A stretch of 32,000 bases of DNA from a bacterium (lineage in GTDB: Bacteria; Bacillota; Clostridia; TANB77; RGIG9151). Made by a program: the position numbers and the translations under genes. Under the pieces are notes generated by a model. That model was not told where the DNA came from. It was given only the letters and a program-made list of their open reading frames with translations, and made no database searches. Where the stretch lies: contig CAVHFU010000010.1 of assembly GCA_963635575.1 (NCBI GenBank), positions 7,040 to 39,039 of the forward strand. Direction: 5' to 3'. Each line of letters begins with the position of its first letter. Positions within the stretch are counted from its first letter, which is position 1. Shown here piece after piece: positions 19,166 through 28,169 of this stretch.

Positions 19166-21229
19166 ATGAAAGTTTTATTTGCAATAAGTACTGAAAAAGG
19201 TGCTAACCAGATTATTGATTTTTATAAATCTACTTACGGTGAAAAGATTGAGGCAACGAAGGTATTCTTCTTTAGGGCACTGCTTGAGACACTCCGAAAA
19301 AATAAAGACTTTGATAGAATTGTCATTCACGAGGAATTAGAGCCAACAGGTTCTAAAAATCAAGACGCAATAGATAAATATCTTTTTAATAATTTAGATA
19401 AGGTTACTGATGAGGCAGGACGTGCGGACATTATTATTATATGTACTGAACGTAGACAACAAAATGATAAATTCGTTAAAACTTTATTTAACTTAGGAAT
19501 TTATAATGTTTTAACCGGGCAGGATAGAACTGTTGGAAAAGTATCTGAACTTATAAACAGACCTAGAACTAAAAAAGATGCGAAGATGTTTGTTGATGCA
19601 GATTTGACAGAAAATCCGTATGAGGCTGTTGATGCTGTTGATGAAATGGAATTAAGAAACACCATAAAATATTTTGAGAAGAATATTTTTAGTGAGGAAA
19701 AAATTGTTAACGGATTTGACAGTTTATATGAACAATATAATTTTGAAAAATTAAAACAGATTGTACCGTTTTTACCTGAAAAAGCAAGGGACGTATTACA
19801 ACAAAAATCTAGTAAATATGTTGCACTAATGAGTTATACTCCAGAGAAAAATGGCGGCAAAAAGCACAGAGATGAACCGGAAAGGGTAAAAGTAGTAGAA
19901 GTTCCAGTTTATATAAATAGAGTGGAAAGGATTGAGCAGGAGCCATCTAGGCCGATAGAAAAAGAGACATCTGCTCCTCAAATAAAGGAAAATGTGTTAG
20001 AAAAACCAAAGATTGAAATGCCCAAGGCAGAATCAAAAGTTGAGCCTAAAGTAGAACCTAAGGTTGAAATACCAAAGGTGGAAATAGTGCCACCGAAGCC
20101 AGAACCAAAGGTTGAAGTACCAAAGGTAGAAATAGTAGAACCACCGAAGGTAGAACCGAAGGTTGAACCTAAAGTTGAGCCAAAGGTTGAAATACCAAAG
20201 GTAGAAATAGTAGAACCACCGAAGGTTGAGCCCGTAGTACAACCTAGAGTGGAAGAACCTCGAATTGTTAGACCGACAGTACCACAACCTGAGGTGACTC
20301 AAGCACCTAGGTACCAACCACCAACACGTATGCCATCAGTAGAGCCACAAATTCAAACTGTAACTCAAGTCATCGAAAAAGAGGTAATACGTGAAGTATC
20401 CGAGGCACCAAGGGATTATAAGAAAGTTGTTGCCTTCATCGGTGCACATAAAACCGGTTCTACATTCTTAATTACTTCGGTTGCAACTGCACTTTCAAAT
20501 AAAGGTGTTAAAGTGGCTATTTTAGATTTAACTAAGAATAAAGATACGTATACAATATTTACCGGCGATGATGGAGAAGAAAGAGATGTCGCAGGAAATA
20601 GCTTAAGTAACCTTGTAATTGGTCAAAATCGTCCGTTAAAAGCAGGAAATATAAGTATATACACCGGTGTCCCAAGGACAGATAGAATTCCTAAGTTTGA
20701 TGTATATAAAGTTATAGAAACAGCAAAAAAAGATAATTCAGTTGTTTTGATTGATTGCGACTTTGTAACATCTCAAGAGGTATTTAGATATGTACAAACA
20801 ATATATGTAGTACAAGATATGGATATATTAAATGTTCTTCCGATAACAATGTTCTTAAAAGAATTAAAGAGTAACGAAATTGATTTGAGCAAGGTATCTA
20901 TAATAGTTAATAAACATTTAAAAATGTCTATTAGTGCTACTAAATTGGTTGAGATGTTGACATTCTATGTTAATCCGGAAGTTTCAGTTTTTGAGGAATT
21001 ATTGCCAAAGAACGTAAGAAGATTTATTGTTCCGTTTGATGAACAAAACTATTTAAGATATATGGAAAATTTATGTTTACGTAAGATGAACTTCTCCGGT
21101 TTCTCGGATGAGTTTAAACAAGCGATTGCAATTATTGTTCAAGACATCTTTCCAATCGGTGGATCTGGACCGATGCATAGACAACAGGCTGAAGATAGTT
21201 TTATAAAGAGTATATTTAGAAAAAGGTAA
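19166..21229 (+). CDS. Multidomain protein: receiver-like N-domain, Pro/Lys/Val/Glu repeat linker, ParA/MinD-like C-domain with a degenerate P-loop
   Basis: 687 aa with RBS ggtggtgagg. The N-terminal ~120 aa has a flavodoxin/REC-like alternation (MKVLFAIS...DRIVIHEELEP...DIIIICTE). The middle carries (E)PKVE repeats. The C-domain has KKVVAFIGAHKTGSTFLITSVATALSNKGVKVAILDLT and VVLIDCDF, resembling ParA/MinD/CpaE Walker A, A' and B. Confidence 0.7.
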   Translation: MKVLFAISTEKGANQIIDFYKSTYGEKIEATKVFFFRALLETLRKNKDFDRIVIHEELEPTGSKNQDAIDKYLFNNLDKVTDEAGRADIIIICTERRQQNDKFVKTLFNLGIYNVLTGQDRTVGKVSELINRPRTKKDAKMFVDADLTENPYEAVDAVDEMELRNTIKYFEKNIFSEEKIVNGFDSLYEQYNFEKLKQIVPFLPEKARDVLQQKSSKYVALMSYTPEKNGGKKHRDEPERVKVVEVPVYINRVERIEQEPSRPIEKETSAPQIKENVLEKPKIEMPKAESKVEPKVEPKVEIPKVEIVPPKPEPKVEVPKVEIVEPPKVEPKVEPKVEPKVEIPKVEIVEPPKVEPVVQPRVEEPRIVRPTVPQPEVTQAPRYQPPTRMPSVEPQIQTVTQVIEKEVIREVSEAPRDYKKVVAFIGAHKTGSTFLITSVATALSNKGVKVAILDLTKNKDTYTIFTGDDGEERDVAGNSLSNLVIGQNRPLKAGNISIYTGVPRTDRIPKFDVYKVIETAKKDNSVVLIDCDFVTSQEVFRYVQTIYVVQDMDILNVLPITMFLKELKSNEIDLSKVSIIVNKHLKMSISATKLVEMLTFYVNPEVSVFEELLPKNVRRFIVPFDEQNYLRYMENLCLRKMNFSGFSDEFKQAIAIIVQDIFPIGGSGPMHRQQAEDSFIKSIFRKR
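20030..20235 (+). repeat. In-frame tandem repeat array encoding PKVE-type repeats
   Basis: A 12-nt periodic unit (cc[at]aa[ag]gt[tag]ga[ag]) is iterated. There is also a higher-order 75-nt direct repeat: 20106-20151 versus 20181-20226, identical except for one base (gaagtacc versus gaaatacc). Confidence 0.85.
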
Positions 21230-21251
21230 TGTCATATTGATATTACCTTTT
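21221..21251. terminator. Bidirectional terminator shared by convergent genes
   Basis: aaaaggtaat (21221-21230) pairs with attacctttt (21242-21251), a 10-bp perfect stem. The stop codons of the + gene (21227-21229) and the - gene (21232-21234) lie inside the hairpin. Confidence 0.6.
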
Positions 21252-22071
21252 CTTTTAAATAATTTAATATACCGGCATCAGATGTAAAATTAAAAATAAG
21301 TTTGTAGGCAAAAAGTTCTTGATACTTTTTGCCGTATTTTTTATTTGCATCATAATCGCCATATTTGCCGTCACCAATAATAGGATGACCTATGAAAGCT
21401 AAATGTGCACGAATCTGGTGTGTTCTGCCTGTTATAAGTTCTACTTCTACGTAACTTGTTTCACTGTCTTCAGAGATTACATTATATTTTGTTGTGATTG
21501 GCATATAGCCTTCTTTTTTAGTATGGCTTACATATACCAAACTCTTTTTACTGTCTTTAAATAAATAATCATTTAGTATTGCACTTTTTTGTTTTAGATG
21601 TCCTAGTACTCGACATTTATAGAATTTACGAATTTCTTTGGCTTTTATTTTATCTTCTATGATTTTTAGAGATTCTTTATTTTTCGCAAATAACACAATT
21701 CCACCAGTGTTCCTGTCTAGTCTGTGGCAAGGATAAACATTTTTTGTGTGAAGATATTTATAAACGAGGTCTAAAAGGGAAGAATTATCTGTAGAAGTTA
21801 AAACTTCAATTCCTTGCGGTTTATTTACGGCAATTAAGTTACCGTCCTCGAATATTACGTTTATGATTTCGTCAGGCATATTCCAATAAATATCGATATT
21901 ATCATCTGAAAGAACGTTTACGTTTTCAGATATTCTCTTCCCGTTTACTTTTATGTCTTTTTTTCTTAAAAGCTTTTGAAGAGTGGAGTAGGGTATATCT
22001 GGATATAAAGTGTTTATTACCTTTAATATTTTTAAGTTATTATGTTTTTTTGAAACTGTAAAAGTTATCAT
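21232..22071 (-). CDS. RluA-family pseudouridine synthase with an N-terminal S4 domain
   Basis: 279 aa with the catalytic motif HRLDRNTGGIVLFAK and the HQIRAHL motif. It lies 20 nt downstream of mutS2 on the same strand. Confidence 0.85.
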   Translation of the reverse strand: MITFTVSKKHNNLKILKVINTLYPDIPYSTLQKLLRKKDIKVNGKRISENVNVLSDDNIDIYWNMPDEIINVIFEDGNLIAVNKPQGIEVLTSTDNSSLLDLVYKYLHTKNVYPCHRLDRNTGGIVLFAKNKESLKIIEDKIKAKEIRKFYKCRVLGHLKQKSAILNDYLFKDSKKSLVYVSHTKKEGYMPITTKYNVISEDSETSYVEVELITGRTHQIRAHLAFIGHPIIGDGKYGDYDANKKYGKKYQELFAYKLIFNFTSDAGILNYLKEKVISI

Positions 22072-22091
22072 TTTATAACCCCTTTCAGCAG

Positions 22092-24443
22092 TTATTTCAA
22101 TTCTGCAATTGTAACTCCTAAATCGCCTTCGCCGTAATTACCTAATCGATAGCTTTTTACGTGTGGGTTGTTTTTTAAGTATTCATGCACAGCCTTACGT
22201 AAAATCCCCTCACCCTTTCCATGCACAATTCGTATAGTTGTTAAGTTGGCGATAAGTGCGTTATTAATGTATTTATCTAATTCGTATAAAGCTTCCTCAA
22301 CATGCATATGACGCAATGATATTTCAGTGGAAATTTCTTTTGCCTTTATTGCTGAACTTATTGATATTTTTACGCTATTAACAGTCGTTTTTTCAGTTTT
22401 TACAGGCTTTAATTTGTGTACACTGATTTTAGATTTCATTATACCGGCTTGAATAAATACATTTCCATCTTTATCCGGTAGAGATAGTACAGAAGCCTCT
22501 TGGTTAAACGAAGGAATATACACAGTCATTCCTACAATTATATCAAATGGTTTATAGTTATCTTCATCAGATGTACTGTTTTTATACGTTTTAGATAATT
22601 GTTTTTTGATTTTGCTTCTGGCATTGTCTAATTTTTTTGTAACATCTAAGTCTTTGGCTTTTTTAGCTTCTTTTATTTCACGAATACTTTCTTTAGCTGT
22701 TTCTTCAGCAGAGAGGAGTATATCAGTAGCTTCAGCTCGAGCGTTTTCAATTATTTTTGTTTTATATATTTCAAGCTTTTCTTTGCTCTCGGCAAGTTCT
22801 TTTTTTAGTTCTGTAATTTCTTTGAGTTGTCTTGCACTTTCTTCTTTTTCGTACGCAATTTTTTGCTTATCTTTTTGAAGTTCGGAAATTACGTCTTCAA
22901 AGTTTTGCTGCTCATTGGTTATGAAGTTTTTCGCATTATCCAATATTTCTTTTGTTAGTCCGAGTTTTTCAGAAATTGCGAAAGCATTACTTTTTCCGGG
23001 TAATCCGATTATGAGTTTGTATGTTGGATTAAGCGTTTCAACGTTAAATTCACAAGATGCATTTTTAACACCTTTTGTTGTTAAGGCATAAGTTTTCAAT
23101 TCGCTGTAATGTGTACTTGCGACTGTACAAGCACCTTTTTTATATAAATATTCAAGAGTCGCAATAGCAAGGGCAGAACCTTCAATAGGATCTGTGCCGG
23201 AACCAAGTTCATCAACTAGCACTAATGAATTCGCATTAACATTTCTTGTGATTTTTATTATGTTTGTCATATGTGAAGAAAATGTGCTTAAGCTTTGTTC
23301 TATACTTTGCTCATCACCAATGTCTACGAATACTTTATCAAAAACAGCGATTTCCGATGATTCTAGGCAAGGGATAAACAAACCGGAATAGGTCATAAGA
23401 GTAAGCAAACCTATTGTTTTTAGTGTTACAGTTTTTCCGCCTGTATTAGGTCCGGTTATTATTAATGTTTTAAAATCTTTTCCTAGGTAAACATCAATAG
23501 GTACAACTTTGTCTTTCTCTATTAGTGGATGTTTGGCGGATTTTAGATTTACATAGCCGTTTTGATTTAATTTTGGCATAAATCCGTTCATATCTATTGC
23601 AAACTTAGCTTTTGCGAAATAAAAATCAAGTTTTGCTAGACATTTTACAAGATAATTTAGTTCCGTTGATATTTCTGTTATTTTTTGTGACAATTCAGTT
23701 AGTATTTTTTCTGTTTCTATTTTTTCTTGAATATATAATTCGTGGATTTTATTGTTTGCTTCAACTACGGAAAGTGGCTCGATAAATAGGGTGGAACCAG
23801 TAGAAGAAGAATCGTGAACAAGTCCTGGAACATTACTTCTGAATTCCTGTTTTACAGGTATAACATATCTGTCGTTTCTAAGTGTTACAATATTTTCTTG
23901 AAGATATTTTGAATATGAATTGCCACGTATAATTGAATTTAGTTTTTCTTGTATTTTTGATTCTTCGCTTTTTATTTGAGTACGTATTTTAAATAACTCT
24001 GAGGAAGCACGGTCAGATATATGGTCTACCGTATCTATTGCGTGGTATATGCTATCTTCAATAGATGGATTTGAATATAGATTTTCAAATATTTCTGAAA
24101 GTATAGTGAGATTTTCTTCACATTGGCTATAGTATTTTTTTAATGCTTTTGAACCACGCAATGTGTCTGCAATGTTTAGCAGTTCTTCTGGAGATAGGAC
24201 AGAGTTTATTTCAGCACGTTTTATAGCAGTTCGTATGTCGTGAATAGAGGAAAATGCCGGTGTGCCAAACTGCAATATCATTTTTGTTGCTTCATCCGTT
24301 TCAGATAGCCTTTCTTTTATTTCTTCTATTTCAAATGATGGAGAAACTTTCTCACATAATTCTCTACCATAGGTTGTTGAAGCGAATTCTGTTAATTTAA
24401 TTATTATTTTGTCAAGTTCGAGTGTTTTAAAATATTTATTCAT
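22092..24443 (-). CDS. mutS2: Endonuclease MutS2 (RqcU) with a C-terminal Smr domain
   Basis: 783 aa. Walker A is GPNTGGKT and the MutS domain V motifs are present (DELGSGTDP). A long coiled coil follows, then the Smr domain (IVHGKGEGILRKAVHEYL). Confidence 0.93.
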   Translation of the reverse strand: MNKYFKTLELDKIIIKLTEFASTTYGRELCEKVSPSFEIEEIKERLSETDEATKMILQFGTPAFSSIHDIRTAIKRAEINSVLSPEELLNIADTLRGSKALKKYYSQCEENLTILSEIFENLYSNPSIEDSIYHAIDTVDHISDRASSELFKIRTQIKSEESKIQEKLNSIIRGNSYSKYLQENIVTLRNDRYVIPVKQEFRSNVPGLVHDSSSTGSTLFIEPLSVVEANNKIHELYIQEKIETEKILTELSQKITEISTELNYLVKCLAKLDFYFAKAKFAIDMNGFMPKLNQNGYVNLKSAKHPLIEKDKVVPIDVYLGKDFKTLIITGPNTGGKTVTLKTIGLLTLMTYSGLFIPCLESSEIAVFDKVFVDIGDEQSIEQSLSTFSSHMTNIIKITRNVNANSLVLVDELGSGTDPIEGSALAIATLEYLYKKGACTVASTHYSELKTYALTTKGVKNASCEFNVETLNPTYKLIIGLPGKSNAFAISEKLGLTKEILDNAKNFITNEQQNFEDVISELQKDKQKIAYEKEESARQLKEITELKKELAESKEKLEIYKTKIIENARAEATDILLSAEETAKESIREIKEAKKAKDLDVTKKLDNARSKIKKQLSKTYKNSTSDEDNYKPFDIIVGMTVYIPSFNQEASVLSLPDKDGNVFIQAGIMKSKISVHKLKPVKTEKTTVNSVKISISSAIKAKEISTEISLRHMHVEEALYELDKYINNALIANLTTIRIVHGKGEGILRKAVHEYLKNNPHVKSYRLGNYGEGDLGVTIAELK

Positions 24444-24569
24444 ATTTAAGTTCCTTTCTTTAAACTACACAAAAAATTCACAAAAATTATAGAGGAATTT
24501 AATGTTAGAACACAGAAATTATATCAAAAGATTGGAATTATAGCAATAATTCAAAGGAGGAATCTGTTA

Positions 24570-26195
24570 ATGGATGAGTTAAATCAAAACGATAATTTAG
24601 TAAATGAAGAGGAAATGCCTAAAAAGAAGAGTAAGCTTGGAATGATACTAGGAATAATAGGCGGGGTAGTAGTCCTTGGAATAGTCATTTTATTAATATG
24701 TGTATTTTCATCAGTAAAATACAGATATTTTGGGTTAGTAGGTAATAAATTTGCGACTCTTACGAGTTACGTAGAGGATTTTGAAGAGGGCGTGTTTGGC
24801 AGAATTTTAAATACTAACTTTAATAATAAACTCACCATTAATACAGAGGTTAATGCTAAGGTAGAAACTGAGGACAAAGAAATATCTGCTTGGCTTAACG
24901 GATTTAATAGTGTCAAGTTAATTGCAAATGAAAATTCAGATATCAAAAATAATTATTTTGATTCAGATATAAAAATCGCATTAAATGGAGAGGACTTTAT
25001 TCTTGCAAATTTACTTAGAAAAGATGATACTTTTTTGGCAAATGTAGATAAAATAACTGATGGGTACATATCTGCAGATAATACTAAACTTTCTGAATTA
25101 TGGCAAAAGATAGGATATGAAGGACCTGAGAAATTTACATCACAAGTAGAATTTATTGAAGGATTTAAATTCTCAAGGAGTGAAAAAGCAGAATTATATA
25201 AAGCATTACTTAGGGTTGGAGATGCTTTTACTAAAGCTTTTGGAAAAGAAGATTTCTCTGAAGGAAAAGAAACAATTACTTATAATACAAAGTCTATTGA
25301 TGCAAAATATATTGATTTTAAGATGAACTCTGTTGAAATGAATAATGGCGTAATTCGTGCATTAGAACAATTATTAAAAGAAGACAAGGCAATAGACGTT
25401 TTGCTAAAATTATCGAATGCTTATGATAATATGTATATTCAAGCAGGTTATGATGTTGAACCGTTTACTCGTGATGAATTTGTTGATGCAATTGAGTATA
25501 TTTTAGAAGAAGTTAAAAAGCTTGAGTTTAGTGAAGAAGACGGAATGATAATAAGGCTTTACTATGAAGGAAATTCGATTGTAAAGGCTGAGGTATTTAA
25601 TATGAATTATACAAGCAGTGTATTAAAGCTTGTAATGATTGATGATGGTAGAGAAAAGTATTATGAATATAATAATGGTCTTATGAACTATGTAGATAAT
25701 GTATATATGGCTGAAAAAGATATTTGGACTCATACTATTGATGTAAATTATATTGATTATGAGACAGGCGAGTTTTTAGAAGATTATAGTGATACTATTG
25801 TTTTAACATTAAATTCTGCACAAAAAGATAACACTAAGTTAGTTATGACTTCGGATAACGGGAACTTTGAATATGTTTTAGAGGGAATAATTGACGGCAA
25901 TAAAAAGAATGTTAATTACAGTATGATTGCGTCTGATGAAACATCAACTAATAATATTAATATAAAAGTTGAGATTGTTGAAAAGACAGAATTTGAAGAA
26001 AAGAGTGTAGAAAATTCATTTGATACGTCTACTGCTACTGATGAAGAAATTAATGCAAAGAAAGAACAAGTTCTAAAAAATTGGAATGATTTTTCGAGTA
26101 AAAACGAAAATAAAATTAGTCAGTTATATACTGCATTATCTATTTATGTTGGTTCTATGACCCAAATGGATGGCGATTACACGGCTAATGAGTAA
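24570..26195 (+). CDS. Hypothetical single-pass membrane protein
   Basis: 541 aa with RBS aaaggagg. One N-terminal TM (LGMILGIIGGVVVLGIVILLICVF) is followed by a large Asn/Asp/Glu-rich extracytoplasmic region. I recognised no motifs. Confidence 0.6.
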   Translation: MDELNQNDNLVNEEEMPKKKSKLGMILGIIGGVVVLGIVILLICVFSSVKYRYFGLVGNKFATLTSYVEDFEEGVFGRILNTNFNNKLTINTEVNAKVETEDKEISAWLNGFNSVKLIANENSDIKNNYFDSDIKIALNGEDFILANLLRKDDTFLANVDKITDGYISADNTKLSELWQKIGYEGPEKFTSQVEFIEGFKFSRSEKAELYKALLRVGDAFTKAFGKEDFSEGKETITYNTKSIDAKYIDFKMNSVEMNNGVIRALEQLLKEDKAIDVLLKLSNAYDNMYIQAGYDVEPFTRDEFVDAIEYILEEVKKLEFSEEDGMIIRLYYEGNSIVKAEVFNMNYTSSVLKLVMIDDGREKYYEYNNGLMNYVDNVYMAEKDIWTHTIDVNYIDYETGEFLEDYSDTIVLTLNSAQKDNTKLVMTSDNGNFEYVLEGIIDGNKKNVNYSMIASDETSTNNINIKVEIVEKTEFEEKSVENSFDTSTATDEEINAKKEQVLKNWNDFSSKNENKISQLYTALSIYVGSMTQMDGDYTANE

Positions 26196-26232
26196 TTTGT
26201 ATTGACAATTTATTGTCAGAATGGAGTTTTTT

Positions 26233-26478
26233 ATGCGATTAGATAAATTTTTAAAGGTTTCAAGAGTTATAAAGAGAAGAAGCGTTGCAAATGAAGCTTG
26301 TGATTTGGGGCGTGTTAAAATTAATGAAAAAGTGGCTAAAGCTTTTTCGGAGGTTAAGGTTGGAGATATTATTGAAATTAAGTTTGGGGAAAATTGGGCG
26401 AAGTTTGAGGTGCTAAGTTTAACTCAAAGCATAAGAAAAGAAGATGCTGAGAATATGGTTAAGGTAATTGAGGGGTAG
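26233..26478 (+). CDS. rqcP: S4-domain RNA-binding protein, YabO/RqcP-like
   Basis: MRLDKFLKVSRVIKRRSVANEACDLGRVKINEKVAKAFSEVKVGDIIEI matches the YabO/Hsp15-type S4 pattern. ATG 26233 is preferred over the track start at 26221. Confidence 0.7.
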   Translation: MRLDKFLKVSRVIKRRSVANEACDLGRVKINEKVAKAFSEVKVGDIIEIKFGENWAKFEVLSLTQSIRKEDAENMVKVIEG

Positions 26479-26482
26479 AAGA

Positions 26483-27841
26483 ATGGTTGAAAAAAATAAA
26501 GAATATATAACCAATATACTGGATATGACTCATGAAGGAGCCGGCGTGGCAAAAATTGACGGGTTTGCTGTATTTATTGATGGTGCAATTACGGGTGAAA
26601 CTGTAAAAATAAAAGTGGTAAAGGTTACAAAGAACTTTGCTTACGGAAAGTTACTTGAGATTATAGAAGCCTCCGGGAATAGACGACCTGTTAGTTGTGA
26701 GAATTTTAAAAAATGCGGTGGATGTTCACTACTTCATATGTCATATCCGGCAACTCTTGAATTTAAGCGTAAAGTGGTTAGAGATTCGTTTAAGAGAATC
26801 GGGCATAGAGATGTTGAAGTTGAGGAAACATTAGGAATGGAAGAACCTTATGCGTACAGAAATAAGGTTCAATTTCCTGTTGGCGAGAAAGATGGACGTG
26901 TTGTGACCGGTTTTTTCGCAGGACGTACTCACGATATTGTACCAATAACGGATTGTTCAATTCAGTCAAGAATTGCAAATAAATTGATTAACAATGTAAG
27001 GGAATTTTTTAGAGACAATAACATTTCGGCATATAACGAAAAAACAGGCAAAGGATTTGTAAGACATGTTATAATAAGGAATTCGGAAAAGTCCGGAGAA
27101 ATTATGCTTATTTTGGTTACTAATGGCGAAGAGTTCAAACTAAAGGATAAATTTGTAGAGTTTATGACAGATAAATGTAGCAGAGTTAAGTCGATTATGC
27201 AAAATATAAACACCAAGAATACAAATGTCATTTTAGGTGAGAAAAATATAAGATTATATGGAAAAGATACAATAAAAGACTACATAGGAGAGTTTGTGTT
27301 TAATATTTCGCCTAATTCGTTTTTCCAAGTAAATGCAAGACAAACAGAAGTGTTGTATTCAAAAGTTCTTGAATTTGCGGGACTTACTGGTAATGAAATG
27401 GTATTTGATTTGTATTGCGGAATAGGAAGTATATCTCTATTTTTAGCTAAAAAAGCTAAAAGAGTGTATGGAGTTGAGGTGGTAAAACCGGCAGTACAGA
27501 ATGCAAAGGAAAATGCAAAAGAAAATGGAATTACGAATACACTATTTTACTGTGGGAAAGCTGAAGAAGTAGTGCCGAGGTTATACGATGAGGGAATAAC
27601 TGCCGATGTTGTGGTTGTAGACCCACCAAGAAGCGGGTGCGATAAGGTTTTAATTGATACTGTCTTGAAGATGAAGCCAAAGCGAATTGTGTATGTAAGT
27701 TGTAATCCCGGAACTTTGGCTAGAGATGTGGAAATGCTGGATGGGTATGAAGTGAAGAAGGTTCAACCGGTGGATATGTTCCCGTGGAGCTTTCACGTCG
27801 AGACGGTCGTTTTGCTGTCAAAAGTGAACACACCTAAGTAA
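26483..27841 (+). CDS. rlmD: 23S rRNA (uracil-C5)-methyltransferase RlmD/RumA family (TRAM domain, 4Fe-4S cluster, SAM MTase)
   Basis: It has a TRAM domain N-terminus, the Cys cluster CENFKKCGGCSLLHM, the SAM motif DLYCGIGSISL, DPPRSG and the nucleophile motif YVSCNP. ATG 26483 follows GAGGGG. The last ~15 codons have atypical GC-rich codons (see findings). Confidence 0.88.
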   Translation: MVEKNKEYITNILDMTHEGAGVAKIDGFAVFIDGAITGETVKIKVVKVTKNFAYGKLLEIIEASGNRRPVSCENFKKCGGCSLLHMSYPATLEFKRKVVRDSFKRIGHRDVEVEETLGMEEPYAYRNKVQFPVGEKDGRVVTGFFAGRTHDIVPITDCSIQSRIANKLINNVREFFRDNNISAYNEKTGKGFVRHVIIRNSEKSGEIMLILVTNGEEFKLKDKFVEFMTDKCSRVKSIMQNINTKNTNVILGEKNIRLYGKDTIKDYIGEFVFNISPNSFFQVNARQTEVLYSKVLEFAGLTGNEMVFDLYCGIGSISLFLAKKAKRVYGVEVVKPAVQNAKENAKENGITNTLFYCGKAEEVVPRLYDEGITADVVVVDPPRSGCDKVLIDTVLKMKPKRIVYVSCNPGTLARDVEMLDGYEVKKVQPVDMFPWSFHVETVVLLSKVNTPK

Positions 27842-27860
27842 GATAAGCTATTGAAATCAA

Positions 27861-27920
27861 AGGCTTCTCTGGGTTCTATCGTTAAACGGTAGAAATGAAC
27901 CTGGAGAGGCCTTAGTTTTT
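27861..27920 (+). terminator. Long stem-loop terminator after rlmD
   Basis: aggcttctctgggttc (27861-27876) pairs with gaacctggagaggcct (27897-27912), 16 bp including 3 G-U pairs, followed by tagttttt. Confidence 0.65.
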
Positions 27921-28029
27921 ATCAATGTTATCGGTCACGTGGAAACATATCCAGAATAGAGGGTTGACACTAGGGGATTGATAACAGACCAAGTGAACCC
28001 TAAAAGGGGTTCAATATTTTAAGTTGATA

Positions 28030-28058
28030 TTGCCAATCCCAACCAAACGGTTTATATT
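28030..28058 (+). promoter_or_regulatory. Possible promoter for the SymE-like gene
   Basis: TTGCCA (28030-28035), a 17-nt spacer, then TATATT (28053-28058). This would give a ~155-nt leader containing the hairpin gatgatg-N9-catcatc (28103-28125) and the 13-mer at 28157. Confidence 0.3.
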
Positions 28059-28156
28059 GATAATAACTTCATCTGATTCATACCCGTACTTCGTCTTATT
28101 TCGATGATGTGTCCCATGCATCATCACAAATCATTTTTACGTAGCATAAGGCTACG

Positions 28157-28169
28157 GTCCTGCACCAGG
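28157..28169 (+). repeat. Copy 1 of the 13-nt motif GTCCTGCACCAGG
   Basis: Exact match to 28827-28839. It lies 51 nt upstream of the ATG at 28220. Confidence 0.6.

Noticed and set aside
20030-20235. The repeat array as a possible CRISPR or other non-coding repeat.
   Set aside because: The repeats are 12 nt, contiguous with no spacers, in frame and inside a long ORF, so they encode a Pro/Lys/Val/Glu linker.
20033-20317. A 94-aa minus-strand ORF rich in RF/LW/YY repeats.
   Set aside because: It is the reverse-complement reading of the PKVE tandem repeat, and it is open only because the repeat lacks stops in that frame.
26203-26218. The palindrome TGACAAT-tt-ATTGTCA between the 541-aa gene and rqcP, which includes a TTGACA hexamer.
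   Set aside because: No -10 element lies at a suitable distance before ATG 26233. The loop is too tight for a stable RNA hairpin and no T-run follows. It may be an operator, but nothing supports that.
27993-28020. A hairpin tgaaccc-taaaag-gggttca followed by atatttt, resembling a terminator for a small RNA in the island's left non-coding region.
   Set aside because: I could not find a convincing promoter upstream: the TTGACA at 27964 has no matching -10. No transcript can be defined from the sequence alone.
28011-28121. A 36-aa minus-strand ORF (MHGTHHRNKTKYGYESDEVIINI...) in the non-coding stretch at the island edge.
   Set aside because: It has no SD and no recognisable motif, and it overlaps predicted hairpins, so it is probably fortuitous.
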